Assembly: GCA_051061385.1 (NCBI GenBank)
Contig: JBPFDX010000094.1
Span: 7,252 to 71,251, forward strand
DNA from: Methylocystis sp.
GTDB taxonomy: Bacteria; Pseudomonadota; Alphaproteobacteria; Rhizobiales; Beijerinckiaceae
DNA length: 64,000 nt
Direction: 5' to 3'
This document shows, one piece after another, positions 37,153 through 48,529 of this stretch; the stretch's first letter is position 1, and each line of letters begins with the position of its first letter. Made by a program: the position numbers and the translations under genes. Below the pieces are notes generated by a model. That model ran no database searches, was not told the DNA's origin, and was given only the letters and a program-made list of their open reading frames with translations.

Positions 37153-37181
37153 AGGATGAACCCGGTTTCGGATTCGGTCAA
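37153..37181 (-). promoter_or_regulatory. Putative sigma70 promoter for the ncRNA candidate
   Basis: Minus strand TTGACC (37181-37176), 17 nt, CATCCT (37158-37153). Confidence 0.4.
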
Positions 37182-37230
37182 GAGCGTTCCGCTCTCAAAA
37201 AAGCGGCAAGCACGGTTGCGCACAGAGCAT

Positions 37231-37255
37231 TTGACGTATATAGATATCTTTATAT
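37231..37255 (+). promoter_or_regulatory. sahR promoter -35 (TTGACG) and SahR operator GTATATAG-ATAT-CTTTATAT
   Basis: 20-bp AT-rich near-palindrome (37236-37255) matching the recalled alphaproteobacterial SahR box, just upstream of sahR-metF-metH. Confidence 0.75.
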
Positions 37256-37277
37256 CTCACGGAGCAACCATAAGGCC

Positions 37278-38279
37278 GTGGCCAAATTGTCCCTCGAACC
37301 GACGCTCGCGGCCCTGAACGCCGCCGGAGAGGAGACGCGCCTGCGGCTCCTGGCGCTGCTCGCCCAATCGGAACTGACGGTGAGCGAGGTCGTGGCGATC
37401 CTGGGCCAGTCTCAGCCGCGTGTTTCACGGCATCTCAAACTCCTCTTCGAGGCGGGCCTCGTCGAGCGCCGCCGGGAGGGGGCCTGGGCCTTCTTTCGCC
37501 TGTCGCCCGCGGGGCCCGCCGGCGCGCTCGCGCGGGCGATCGTCGGCTGGCTCGAGGCTGACGACGCGCTGCTCGCCGGCGACCGCGCGCGGCTCGCGCA
37601 GGTGCGCCAGGCGCGCGCCGAGAACGCCGCCCGCTACTTCGCCGCCCATGCCGAGGAGTGGGATCACATCCGCGCGCTGCACGTCCCCGAGGAGCGCGTC
37701 GAAGACGCCATGCGCGAAGTCGTCGGCGACAAGCCGGTGCGCAGCCTGCTCGATCTTGGCGCCGGCGCCGGCCGTATGCTGGAGCTGTTCGCGCCTCTGG
37801 CTGAACGCGCCGTCGGCGTCGATCTGTCCTCCGCCATGCTCGGCGTCGCGCGCGGCCGTCTCGAAGAGACCGGCTTCGACAATGTGCAGCTGCGCCAGGG
37901 CGACATCTATGCCCTGCCGATCGAGCGCAACTCGATCGACCTCGCGATCATGCATCAGGTTCTGCACTTTCTCGACGATCCGGGACGCGCCCTGCGCGAG
38001 GCGGCCCGTGTGCTCGCGCCCGGCGGGCGGCTCCTCGTCGTCGACTTCGCGCCCCATCATGAAGAGGCGCTGCGCGACACGCATGCGCATCGCCGCCTCG
38101 GCTTCTCGGATGCTGAGGTCACCGGGCTGCTGACGCAGGCGGGGCTCGAAGTCGTCCAGCGCCGCGAACTCGCGCCTGACGCCAACGAAGGCGCCAAGCT
38201 CACCGTGTCCTTATGGCTTGCGCGCGATCCTCGCGTCATCGCCGATCCCATTCCCGCAACATCATATGAGACAGCCTGA
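37278..38279 (+). CDS. sahR: ArsR-HTH + SAM-methyltransferase-fold methionine-cycle regulator
   Basis: RLRLLALL...SQPRVSRHLKLL HTH, LDLGAGAG SAM motif; heads metF-metH; GTG start. Confidence 0.88.
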   Translation: MAKLSLEPTLAALNAAGEETRLRLLALLAQSELTVSEVVAILGQSQPRVSRHLKLLFEAGLVERRREGAWAFFRLSPAGPAGALARAIVGWLEADDALLAGDRARLAQVRQARAENAARYFAAHAEEWDHIRALHVPEERVEDAMREVVGDKPVRSLLDLGAGAGRMLELFAPLAERAVGVDLSSAMLGVARGRLEETGFDNVQLRQGDIYALPIERNSIDLAIMHQVLHFLDDPGRALREAARVLAPGGRLLVVDFAPHHEEALRDTHAHRRLGFSDAEVTGLLTQAGLEVVQRRELAPDANEGAKLTVSLWLARDPRVIADPIPATSYETA

Positions 38280-39178
38280 TGTTTAACGCTCTTCATCCCA
38301 CAGCTTCGCAGAATCAGTTTGCGATCTCCTATGAATTCTTCCCGCCCAAGACGCCGGAGATGGAGACGCAGCTCTGGCAGTCGATCAAACGGCTTGCGGC
38401 GCTTAAGCCGCATTTCGTCTCGGTCACCTATGGCGCGGGCGGCACCACCCGGGAGCGCACCCATTCGATCGTGGCGCGGATCGTGCGCGAGACGGACATG
38501 AAGCCCGCCGCGCATCTCACCTGCGTCTCCTCGCCGCGCGAGGAGATCGACTCCATTCTGCGCGACTATTGGGAGGCTGGCGTCCGCCATATTGTCGCGC
38601 TGCGCGGCGACCCGCCGACGGGCGTCGGCACGAGATTCGAGCCGCATCCCAAGGGCTACGCCACCTCGACGGATCTCGTGAGCGGCATTCGCCGGATCGG
38701 CGATTTCGAGATTTCGGTCTCGACCTATCCCGAAGGCCATCCCGAAAGCGCATCCATCGAACAGGACCTCGACGCGCTGCAGGCGAAGGTCGACGCCGGC
38801 GCGACGCGGGCGATCACCCAATTCTTCTTCGACAATGACATCTACTTCAGGTTCCTCGACAAGGCGCGAGGCCGGGGAATGACGATTCCGATTGTGCCCG
38901 GCATCATGCCGATCCGCAATTTCAAGCAGGTCGCGGGCTTCGCGCAAAAGGCGGGGGCGAGCGTGCCGCGCTGGCTCGCCGAGCGCTTCGACGGACTGGA
39001 CGAAGATCCCGAGACCCGCGCGCTCATCGCCGCGACGACCGCCGTGGAACAGGTGATGAGCCTGGCGCGCGCCGGCGTCAGTGAATTCCACTTCTACACC
39101 AACAATCGCGCCGATCTCGTCTTCGCCATTTGCCATCTGCTCGGCGTTCGTCCCCTGCGTGAAAAGGCCCTTGCATGA
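38279..39178 (+). CDS. metF: Methylenetetrahydrofolate reductase
   Basis: [37 protein letters not shown]. Confidence 0.96.
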   Translation: MFNALHPTASQNQFAISYEFFPPKTPEMETQLWQSIKRLAALKPHFVSVTYGAGGTTRERTHSIVARIVRETDMKPAAHLTCVSSPREEIDSILRDYWEAGVRHIVALRGDPPTGVGTRFEPHPKGYATSTDLVSGIRRIGDFEISVSTYPEGHPESASIEQDLDALQAKVDAGATRAITQFFFDNDIYFRFLDKARGRGMTIPIVPGIMPIRNFKQVAGFAQKAGASVPRWLAERFDGLDEDPETRALIAATTAVEQVMSLARAGVSEFHFYTNNRADLVFAICHLLGVRPLREKALA

Positions 39179-42100
39179 CCTTTGCAACATCTCACGGCCC
39201 CAACATTTTGAAGGCTCTTGAAGAGGCGGCTTCGCGTCGCATCCTCATTCTCGACGGCGCCATGGGCACCATGATCCAGCGCCACAAGTTCGAGGAGGCG
39301 GATTTCCGCGGCGCGCGTTTCAAGGATCACGCCAAGGACCTGCGCGGCAACAACGACCTGCTGATCCTGACGCAGCCCGAAGCGATCAAGGCGATCCATG
39401 TCGCCTATCTCGAAGCCGGCGCCGACATCATCGAGACGAACACTTTTTCGTCGACGACGATCGCGCAAGCCGACTACGGGCTCGAGCATCTCGCTTTCGA
39501 ACTCAATCGCGAAGGCGCACGGCTGGCGCGCGCGGCGGCCGACGAAGTCGCGGCGAAGACCGGCGTGCGCAGATTCGTCGCGGGCTCGATGGGACCGACC
39601 AATCGCACCGCCTCGATCTCGCCCGACGTGTCGAATCCAGGTTTCCGCGCCGTCACCTTCGACGAGCTGCGCGCGGCCTATAAGGAAGCCGCGCTCGGCC
39701 TGATCGAAGGCGGCGCCGACATTCTGCTTGTTGAAACCATTTTCGACACGCTGAACGCCAAGGCGGCGCTTTACGCGCTCGAAGACGCCTTCGATGAGGT
39801 CGGGACCCGCTTCCCGATCATGATTTCCGGCACCATCACCGATCTTTCCGGCAGGACGCTCTCCGGTCAGACGGCCGTCGCCTTCTGGAATTCGCTCGCC
39901 CACGCGAAGCCTTTCTCGATCGGCTTCAACTGCGCGCTCGGCGCGCGGGAGATGCGTCAACACATCGCCGACATCGGCCGCGTCGCCGACACGCGCGTGT
40001 GCGCCTTCCCCAACGCCGGCCTGCCAAACGAATTCGGGCTCTATGACGAAAGCCCGGAATATATGGCCGAGCTCGTCGGCGAATTCGCGACCGCGGGCCT
40101 CGTCAATGTTCTCGGCGGCTGCTGCGGCACGACGCCCGATCATATCGCCGCGATCGCGGGCGCCGTGAAGGGCGTCGCGCCGCGTGCGATTCCGACGATC
40201 GAGCCGATGCTGCGTCTTTCCGGACTGGAGCCCTTCACGTTGACGAAGGATATACCCTTCGTCAACGTCGGCGAGCGCACCAACGTCACCGGTTCGGCGA
40301 AGTTTCGCAAGCTCATCACAAACGGCGATTACGCCGCGGCGCTCGACGTCGCGCGCGATCAGGTGGCGAACGGCGCGCAGGTGATCGACGTCAATATGGA
40401 CGAAGGCCTGCTCGATTCCGAGCGCGCCATGGTGGAGTTCCTTAATCTCGTCGCCGCCGAACCCGATATCGCGCGCGCGCCGATCATGGTCGACAGCTCC
40501 AAATTCGACGTGATCGAAGCGGGGCTCAAATGCCTGCAGGGCAAGGGCGTCGTTAATTCAATTTCTCTCAAGGAAGGCGAGGAGAAGTTCATCGCCGACG
40601 CCCGCAAGGTGCGCCGCTACGGCGCGGCCGTCGTGGTCATGGCCTTCGACGAAAAAGGCCAGGCCGACACTTTCGCCCGCAAGACGGAAATATGCGCCCG
40701 CGCCTATAAAATCCTGACCGAGATCGTCGGCTTCCCGCCGCAGGACATCATCTTCGATCCCAATATTTTTGCCGTCGCGACCGGCATCGAGGAACATGAG
40801 AATTACGGGGTCGATTTCATCGAGGCCGCGCGGGTCATCAAGCGCGATCTGCCGCATGTGCATGTGTCCGGCGGCGTCTCGAACCTTTCCTTCTCGTTCC
40901 GCGGCAACGAGCCGGTGCGCGAGGCGATGCATTCGGTGTTCCTCTATCACGCCATTCAGGCCGGGATGGACATGGGCATCGTCAACGCCGGACAGCTCGC
41001 GGTCTATGCCGAGATCAATCCCGAGCTGCGCGAGCTTTGCGAAGACGTGGTCTTGAACCGCCGCAAGGACGCCACGGAGCGGCTCGTCGAACTTGCGGAA
41101 AAGTTCAAGGGCGCCGCCGGCAAGACTCAGGAGAAGGACGCCGCCTGGCGTGAGAACACTGTCGAGAAGCGTCTCGAATATGCGCTTGTGAACGGCGTCA
41201 CCGACTATGTCGAAGCGGATGTGGAAGAAGCGCGCCAGCGCTCCACGCGCCCGCTCGACGTGATCGAAGGGCCGCTGATGGCCGGCATGAATGTCGTCGG
41301 CGATCTTTTCGGCTCGGGCAAGATGTTCCTGCCGCAGGTCGTCAAATCGGCGCGCGTGATGAAACAGGCCGTGGCCTATCTCATGCCGTTCATGGAGGCC
41401 GACAAGAGCGAACGCTCCACCGCCGGCAAGATCCTGCTGGCGACCGTGAAGGGCGACGTGCATGACATCGGCAAGAACATCGTCGGCGTCGTCCTCGGCT
41501 GCAATAATTTCGAGGTGATCGATCTCGGCGTGATGACGCCCGCGGCGAAGATTCTCGAAACCGCGAAGAAGGAGAAGGTCGATCTCATCGGGCTTTCGGG
41601 CCTCATCACCCCCTCGCTCGACGAGATGTGCTTCGTCGCCTCGGAACTCGAGCGCGAAGGCCTCGACACGCCGCTCCTCATCGGCGGCGCAACGACGAGC
41701 CGCGTGCACACCGCGGTGAAGATCAGTCCGAACTATCGGCGCGGCCAGGCGGTCTATGTCACCGACGCGAGCCGCGCGGTCGGCGTCGCGCAGGCGCTCG
41801 TCTCCGAAAAGACCCGCCCCGATTATGTCGCGCAGACCCGCGCCGAATATGAACGGGTCGCCGAAGCCCATGCGCGCGCGCAGGCCGACAAGCTGCGGGT
41901 GCCGCTGGCGCAGGCGCGCGCCAACGGCTTCAAGATCGACTGGGCGAGCTATGATCCCGTGCGTCCCTCCTTCGCCGGCGCGCGCGCCTTTGCGAGCTAC
42001 GACGTCGGAGAACTCGTTCCCTACATCGACTGGACGCCCTTCTTCCAGACCTGGGAATTCAGGGGGCGCTATCCGTCGCTGCTCGACGATCCCGAGCGCG

Positions 42101-42897
42101 GCGAAGCGGCGCGCACGCTTTATGAAGACGCCCGCGCGATGCTGAAGCGCATCGTCGAAGAGCGCTGGTTCACGCCGAAGGCCGTTATCGGCTTCTGGCC
42201 GGCGAATTCGATTGGCGACGACATCGCGCTTTACAGCGGCGAGTCGCGCAACGAGCGGATCGCGACCCTGCATACGCTGCGTCAGCAACTGCCGAAGCGC
42301 GACGGCAAGGCCAATCTCGCGCTCGCAGACTTCGTCGCGCCCGCGGAGAGCGGCATAGCCGATTACATCGGCGCCTTCGTCGTCACCGCCGGCGCGGAGG
42401 AAGAAAAGATCGCCGCGCGCTACGCCCGCGCCAATGACGACTATGGTTCGATCATGGTCAAGGCGCTCGCGGATCGCATCGCCGAGGCCTTCGCCGAGCG
42501 CATGCATGAACGCGCGCGCAAGGAATTCTGGGGCTATGCGCGTGAAGAGAATTTCACGCCGGAAGGGCTGGTCGGCGAGCCCTACGCCGGCATTCGCCCG
42601 GCGCCGGGCTATCCGGCGCAGCCCGATCACACCGAAAAGGCGACGATCTTCGAGCTGCTCAACGCCGAAAAGCGCACCGGCGTGAAGCTCACCGAAAGTT
42701 TCGCCATGACCCCGGCCGCTTCCGTCAGCGGACTGTATCTCGCGCATCCGAGCGCGCACTATTTCGGCGTCGCCAAGATCGAGCGCGATCAGATCGAGGA
42801 TTACGCGCGCCGCAAGGGCATCGACGCGCGCGACGCGGAACGCTGGCTCGCGCCGATCCTGAACTACGAGCCCGTCGCCGCGGAAGCGGCGGAGTGA
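39175..42897 (+). CDS. metH: Cobalamin-dependent methionine synthase
   Basis: LDGAMGT, GGCCGT, VGERTN, DVHDIG B12 motif, RPAPGYP. Confidence 0.98.
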   Translation: MTFATSHGPNILKALEEAASRRILILDGAMGTMIQRHKFEEADFRGARFKDHAKDLRGNNDLLILTQPEAIKAIHVAYLEAGADIIETNTFSSTTIAQADYGLEHLAFELNREGARLARAAADEVAAKTGVRRFVAGSMGPTNRTASISPDVSNPGFRAVTFDELRAAYKEAALGLIEGGADILLVETIFDTLNAKAALYALEDAFDEVGTRFPIMISGTITDLSGRTLSGQTAVAFWNSLAHAKPFSIGFNCALGAREMRQHIADIGRVADTRVCAFPNAGLPNEFGLYDESPEYMAELVGEFATAGLVNVLGGCCGTTPDHIAAIAGAVKGVAPRAIPTIEPMLRLSGLEPFTLTKDIPFVNVGERTNVTGSAKFRKLITNGDYAAALDVARDQVANGAQVIDVNMDEGLLDSERAMVEFLNLVAAEPDIARAPIMVDSSKFDVIEAGLKCLQGKGVVNSISLKEGEEKFIADARKVRRYGAAVVVMAFDEKGQADTFARKTEICARAYKILTEIVGFPPQDIIFDPNIFAVATGIEEHENYGVDFIEAARVIKRDLPHVHVSGGVSNLSFSFRGNEPVREAMHSVFLYHAIQAGMDMGIVNAGQLAVYAEINPELRELCEDVVLNRRKDATERLVELAEKFKGAAGKTQEKDAAWRENTVEKRLEYALVNGVTDYVEADVEEARQRSTRPLDVIEGPLMAGMNVVGDLFGSGKMFLPQVVKSARVMKQAVAYLMPFMEADKSERSTAGKILLATVKGDVHDIGKNIVGVVLGCNNFEVIDLGVMTPAAKILETAKKEKVDLIGLSGLITPSLDEMCFVASELEREGLDTPLLIGGATTSRVHTAVKISPNYRRGQAVYVTDASRAVGVAQALVSEKTRPDYVAQTRAEYERVAEAHARAQADKLRVPLAQARANGFKIDWASYDPVRPSFAGARAFASYDVGELVPYIDWTPFFQTWEFRGRYPSLLDDPERGEAARTLYEDARAMLKRIVEERWFTPKAVIGFWPANSIGDDIALYSGESRNERIATLHTLRQQLPKRDGKANLALADFVAPAESGIADYIGAFVVTAGAEEEKIAARYARANDDYGSIMVKALADRIAEAFAERMHERARKEFWGYAREENFTPEGLVGEPYAGIRPAPGYPAQPDHTEKATIFELLNAEKRTGVKLTESFAMTPAASVSGLYLAHPSAHYFGVAKIERDQIEDYARRKGIDARDAERWLAPILNYEPVAAEAAE

Positions 42898-43325
42898 CGC
42901 GAGAGGACGAAGATCCTTACGACCTCGACCGCTTCGTCGCGGCGCAGGCGCCGATCTATGCGCAGGCGGCCGCGGAGCTCGCCGCCGGGCGCAAGCGCAG
43001 CCACTGGATGTGGTTCGTCTTTCCGCAGATCGAAGGACTGGGCGCGAGCGCCATGGCGCAGCGCTACGCCATCGGCTCGCTTGCGGAGGCGCGCGCCTAT
43101 CTCGCGCATCCTCTCTTGGGCGCGCGGCTCAGGGAATGCGTCGGTCTTGTCAACAATGTCCAAGGCCGCAGCGCACATGAGATTTTCGGCTCTCCCGACG
43201 ATCTGAAGTTTCATTCGTCGATGACTCTCTTTGAGGCGGCTGCGCCCGAAGAGCCGCTGTTCGCCGAGGCGCTGCGCAAATATTTTGCCGGCCGCCGCGA
43301 TCCCTTGACCCTCGCAAAATTATAA
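42894..43325 (+). CDS. DUF1810 family protein
   Basis: [34 protein letters not shown]; GTGA overlap with metH. Confidence 0.88.
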   Translation: MTREDEDPYDLDRFVAAQAPIYAQAAAELAAGRKRSHWMWFVFPQIEGLGASAMAQRYAIGSLAEARAYLAHPLLGARLRECVGLVNNVQGRSAHEIFGSPDDLKFHSSMTLFEAAAPEEPLFAEALRKYFAGRRDPLTLAKL

Positions 43326-43372
43326 GTTTCGTTGAGGCGCCGCGCGGAGAGGCGGCGTAATTCGGGGACCTT

Positions 43373-45466
43373 ATGTCGATCACAAACATTGACGGCAACC
43401 ATCGAACGCTGAGGCTGCTTCCCTGGGCGCTCGTGTTCGCCCTCGTGCTGTTCTCGCTCTACACGCTCGCGGTTTCGCGCGGCGAGCCGGTCAACGCGAT
43501 GTGGCTAGTGACCGCGGCGATCGGAACCTACGCCATCGGTTATCGCTTCTATTCGCGCTTCATCGCCGACCGGGTTCTGGGGCTCGACGCGCGCCGTCGC
43601 ACGCCGGCGCTTCGTCGCAACGACGGGCTCGACTATGTGCCGACCGACAAGTGGGTGCTGTTCGGCCATCATTTCGCGGCCATCGCCGGCGCGGGACCGC
43701 TGGTCGGCCCCGTGCTCGCGGCGCAGATGGGCTATCTGCCGGGGACATTGTGGCTGTTGACCGGCGTCATCTTCGCCGGCGCCGTGCAGGATTTTCTCGT
43801 CCTGTTCATTTCGACGCGGCGTGACGGGCGTTCGCTCGGCGATCTGATCAAGACCGAGATGGGGCGCGTGCCCGGCGTCATCGCCATGGTCGGCATTCTC
43901 ACGATCATGATCATTCTGCTGGCGGTGCTGGCGCTCGTCGTCGTCAAGGCGCTCGCCGACAGCCCCTGGGGCGCGTTCACGGTGTTCGCGACGCTGCCGA
44001 TCGCCGTCTTCATGGGCGTCTATGGCCGCTACCTGCGGCCCGGACGCATTGGCGAAATGTCGGCGATCGGCTTCGTTCTGCTGCTCGCAAGCATCGCTTT
44101 TGGGCGCACCGTGTCGGAGAGCGCGCTGCTGGCGCCGCTTTTCTCCTTCAAGGGCGAGACGCTCGCCTTCATGCTCATCGGATACGGCTTCGTCGCTTCG
44201 GTTCTGCCGGTGTGGCTGTTGCTTGCGCCGCGCGACTATCTATCGACCTTCCTCAAGATCGGGACGATCCTGTCGCTCGCGCTCGGCATTTTCATCGTCT
44301 GGCCCGATCTCCAGATGCCGGCGATCAGCCGTTTCATCGACGGCACGGGTCCGGTCTTCGCCGGCAGCGTCTTTCCGTTCCTGTTCATCACCATCGCCTG
44401 TGGCGCGGTGTCGGGCTTCCATGCGCTGGTTTCTTCCGGCACGACGCCGAAGATGATCGCCGACGAGACGCAGACGCGCTTCATCGGCTATGGCGCGATG
44501 CTGATGGAATCCTTCGTCGCCGTCATGGCGCTCATCGCCGCGAGCGTATTGGAGCCGGGCGTCTATTTCGCCATGAACAGCGCCCCCGCGCTGATCGGCG
44601 CGACGCCCGACGCCGCCGCCGCGGCGATCTCCTCATGGGGCTTTCCGGTCGCGCCGGAGACGCTCACGGGCGTCGCGGCCGAAGTTGGCGAGAAGACGAT
44701 TCTCTCGCGCACGGGCGGCGCGCCGACGCTCGCGGTCGGCATGGCGCATATTCTCTCCTCCGCCGTCGGCGGCTCGGCCATGCGCTCCTTCTGGTATCAC
44801 TTCGCCATTCTGTTCGAGGCGCTCTTCATCCTCACCACGATCGACGCGGGCACGCGCGTCGCACGCTTCATGATCCAGGATCTCTTCGGCGCCTTTTTCC
44901 CCGCCTTCGGCAACACGCGCGCCTGGGCGCCGAACCTCGCCGCGACAGCCATCGCGGTGAGCGGCTGGGGCTATTTCCTCTATCAGGGCGTCATCGATCC
45001 GCTCGGCGGCATCAATACGCTATGGCCCCTCTTCGGCATCGCCAATCAGATGCTCGCCGCGATCGCGCTGACGCTCTGCGTCGTCGTGCTCTATCGCATG
45101 AAGCGCGAGCGTTACGCCTTCGTCGCCATCGCGCCGACGGCGTGGCTCTATATCTGCACGCTGACGGCGGCGTTTGAGAAGATCTTTCACGAGGACCCGC
45201 GCATCGGCTTCCTCGCGCATGCGCGAAAATTCGCGGCCGCCGCCGCGAAGGATCAACTGCTCGCGCCGGCGAAGACGCTCGCCGAAATGCAGCGCGTCAT
45301 CTTCAACGACTATGTCGACGCGACGCTTTGCGCGATCTACGTCACGCTGGTTTTGGCGATGCTCGGCTTCGCCATCCGCGCCATTCGCGCCGCGCGCGCC
45401 GCCGAGCATGTCACCACGCGGGAGACCGAAGATGAATTGCACGATCTGCAGCCTGCCCGGGCTTGA
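43373..45466 (+). CDS. cstA: Carbon starvation protein CstA (peptide/pyruvate transporter family)
   Basis: GHHFAAIAGAGPLVGP, LAPRDYLS, ACGAVSGFH, IDAGTR. Confidence 0.95.
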   Translation: MSITNIDGNHRTLRLLPWALVFALVLFSLYTLAVSRGEPVNAMWLVTAAIGTYAIGYRFYSRFIADRVLGLDARRRTPALRRNDGLDYVPTDKWVLFGHHFAAIAGAGPLVGPVLAAQMGYLPGTLWLLTGVIFAGAVQDFLVLFISTRRDGRSLGDLIKTEMGRVPGVIAMVGILTIMIILLAVLALVVVKALADSPWGAFTVFATLPIAVFMGVYGRYLRPGRIGEMSAIGFVLLLASIAFGRTVSESALLAPLFSFKGETLAFMLIGYGFVASVLPVWLLLAPRDYLSTFLKIGTILSLALGIFIVWPDLQMPAISRFIDGTGPVFAGSVFPFLFITIACGAVSGFHALVSSGTTPKMIADETQTRFIGYGAMLMESFVAVMALIAASVLEPGVYFAMNSAPALIGATPDAAAAAISSWGFPVAPETLTGVAAEVGEKTILSRTGGAPTLAVGMAHILSSAVGGSAMRSFWYHFAILFEALFILTTIDAGTRVARFMIQDLFGAFFPAFGNTRAWAPNLAATAIAVSGWGYFLYQGVIDPLGGINTLWPLFGIANQMLAAIALTLCVVVLYRMKRERYAFVAIAPTAWLYICTLTAAFEKIFHEDPRIGFLAHARKFAAAAAKDQLLAPAKTLAEMQRVIFNDYVDATLCAIYVTLVLAMLGFAIRAIRAARAAEHVTTRETEDELHDLQPARA

Positions 45467-45659
45467 TCTCAATCGTCTCGCGCAGAAGCTCCGCGACGGC
45501 GCGAAGCTGATGGTCGGCCAGGGCGATTACGACGCCTATGTCGCGCATGTGCGCGCGCGGCACGACGGCGCGCCGGTCATGACGCGCGACGAGTTTTTCC
45601 GGGCGCGCGAGAATGCGCGGTTCGGCGCCGGCGGCGCGCGCGCCTTTCGCTGCTGCTGA
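45432..45659 (+). CDS. YbdD/YjiX (DUF466) family protein
   Basis: MVGQGDYDAYVAH, MTRDEFFR, C-terminal RCC; overlaps the cstA end. Confidence 0.88.
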   Translation: MNCTICSLPGLDLNRLAQKLRDGAKLMVGQGDYDAYVAHVRARHDGAPVMTRDEFFRARENARFGAGGARAFRCC

Positions 45660-45696
45660 TCGCCTCGCGCCATGACGGCTGTCGCCGGCTGCGGTA

Positions 45697-46548
45697 ATGT
45701 CGTTCATGGCTTCGCCTCCGACGACCCAAGAACGCGCCGCGCTTCTTGCGCTTCTCGACTGGTATGTCGAGAGCGGCGTCGATCTCGCGCTCGGCGAGGC
45801 GCCGCACGACCGCTACGCGGACAGCGCGCGCGCGACTGTTGAATCGCTTCCGCAGTTGACGGAGGCTGCGACGATTCAGGCGTCGCCGCAGCCGCCGGCC
45901 GCAGAGCGCCCGCGCCGCGCCGCGGCGCCGATCGTCGCGCCGGATGAAGCCATTCGCGCCGCGGAAGAGGCGGCGGCCGGCGCGCGCGATCTCGACGACC
46001 TCGCCGTGCGTCTCGGCGATTTTCCGCCCGCACCCTTTCGCGACATGGCGCAGCATTTTCTTTTCGGCGCCGGCGCCGCCGGCGCGCGACTCATCGCCTT
46101 CGACGCCGCGCCTGGCGTGACCGAGGAAACAAGCGGCGAAGCGTTCAGCGGACTTTCGGCGAAGCTCCTCGACAATATGCTCGCAGCGATCGGCCTCGAT
46201 CGCAAAAACGCTGCGCTGGCTTACGTCTCGCCTTGGCGGCCTCCCGGCGATCGCGCGCTGACGCCGCATGAGGCGGCGATCTTCGCGCCTTTCGCGCGTC
46301 GCCGCGTGGAGCTGACGCGGCCGGATATCCTGCTGCTTTTCGGCGAAGCGCCGGCGCGCGTGATGCTCGCGACGAATGAGCCTGTCGGAAAGCTGCGCGG
46401 CAAAATTCATGAGGCGTGCTGCGGCGCGCATGTTACGCGCGCCCTTGTTTTTTCGAGTCTGGAAGCGATGCTGAAAAGTTCGGCGCTGAAGCCAGCCGCT
46501 TGGCGGGATCTGCGACGGGCGGCGGAGGCGTTGCAAGAGCATTGCTAG
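45697..46548 (+). CDS. Uracil-DNA glycosylase family 4-like protein with degenerate catalytic motifs
   Basis: LLDNMLAAIGL, PWRPPG, AWRDL scaffold retained. Confidence 0.8.
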   Translation: MSFMASPPTTQERAALLALLDWYVESGVDLALGEAPHDRYADSARATVESLPQLTEAATIQASPQPPAAERPRRAAAPIVAPDEAIRAAEEAAAGARDLDDLAVRLGDFPPAPFRDMAQHFLFGAGAAGARLIAFDAAPGVTEETSGEAFSGLSAKLLDNMLAAIGLDRKNAALAYVSPWRPPGDRALTPHEAAIFAPFARRRVELTRPDILLLFGEAPARVMLATNEPVGKLRGKIHEACCGAHVTRALVFSSLEAMLKSSALKPAAWRDLRRAAEALQEHC

Positions 46549-46552
46549 TAGC

Positions 46553-46700
46553 GCCCCTCCCTGTCCCTCCCCCGCTTCGCGGGAGAGGGTACCCTAACGA
46601 TCCGCATTGCGCGAACAGGATCGCGCAGCCTTTTGCGAAACCGGGATGAAGGCGCGGCCTGCTCCCTCTCCCGCGAAGCGGGGGAGGGTTGGGGAGGGGG

Positions 46701-46701
<1 letters not shown>
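46553..46701. repeat. REP/RIME-like palindromic element
   Basis: Perfect 25-bp inverted repeats (46565-46589 and 46664-46688), each itself a hairpin, between convergent genes. Confidence 0.85.
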
Positions 46702-47999
<1,298 letters not shown>

Positions 48000-48083
48000 G
48001 GGTCGCTTCGGCGGTCGTTACGGACGCCGATAGGTCGCCCGTAACGGCCGCGAGGTCAAGCGCCGCTCGCCCCAAGGGTTGGG

Positions 48084-48485
48084 CTACGCGTGCGGCGTCA
48101 TCCAGGCGACCATGGCGCCGCCCGGCTCCTGCAGCACCGCCATGCGGCCGACGCCGGGGATGTCGAAGGCGTCCTTGCAGATCGTCGCGCCGGCGGCCTT
48201 GGCCTTCTTTAACCGCGCGTCGACGTCATCGACGCCGATGTAGGTCAGCCAGTGTTCCGCAACGCCCTCGAACTCCGGGCCTTTCATCTCGAACAGGCCG
48301 CCGACCCGCGCGCCTTCGGAGCTGATGAGCCAGTACGTGAAGCCTTGCATCGGCATGCCCTCGAAACTCCAGCCGAGGGATTGGCTGTAAAAGTTTTTCG
48401 CCCGCTCGACGTCGCGGACATTGAGCTCGTTCCAGCAAACCGCGCCATGCTTCGGCGGGGCGCCACAATCATCGGCGTTGGACAT
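48084..48485 (-). CDS. VOC/glyoxalase family protein
   Basis: CWNELNVRDVERAKNFY, WLTYIGVDDVD, DIPGVGRMAVLQEPGGA. Confidence 0.88.
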   Translation of the reverse strand: MSNADDCGAPPKHGAVCWNELNVRDVERAKNFYSQSLGWSFEGMPMQGFTYWLISSEGARVGGLFEMKGPEFEGVAEHWLTYIGVDDVDARLKKAKAAGATICKDAFDIPGVGRMAVLQEPGGAMVAWMTPHA

Positions 48486-48529
48486 CGCCTCCTCCTCTCA
48501 GCTCAACAGTATTTGGTTGAATCAACGTT

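Noticed and set aside
36833-37200. Identification of the structured region as tmRNA, RNase P, SRP, 6S, hammerhead or cobalamin/SAM riboswitch
   Set aside because: Only fragmentary resemblances (GATCGACAAG, GAACCCGG, CCGGAAGGA, CTGAAGA); no ANDN tag or tRNA-like ends, no GAGGAAAGTCC, no GGAAGCAGC, no GAAA core, and no downstream gene on that strand
36825-37317. Short ORFs in the gap (36825-37031, 36987-37223, 37012-37317)
   Set aside because: No RBS, no recognisable motifs, mutually overlapping, and composition unlike the real genes
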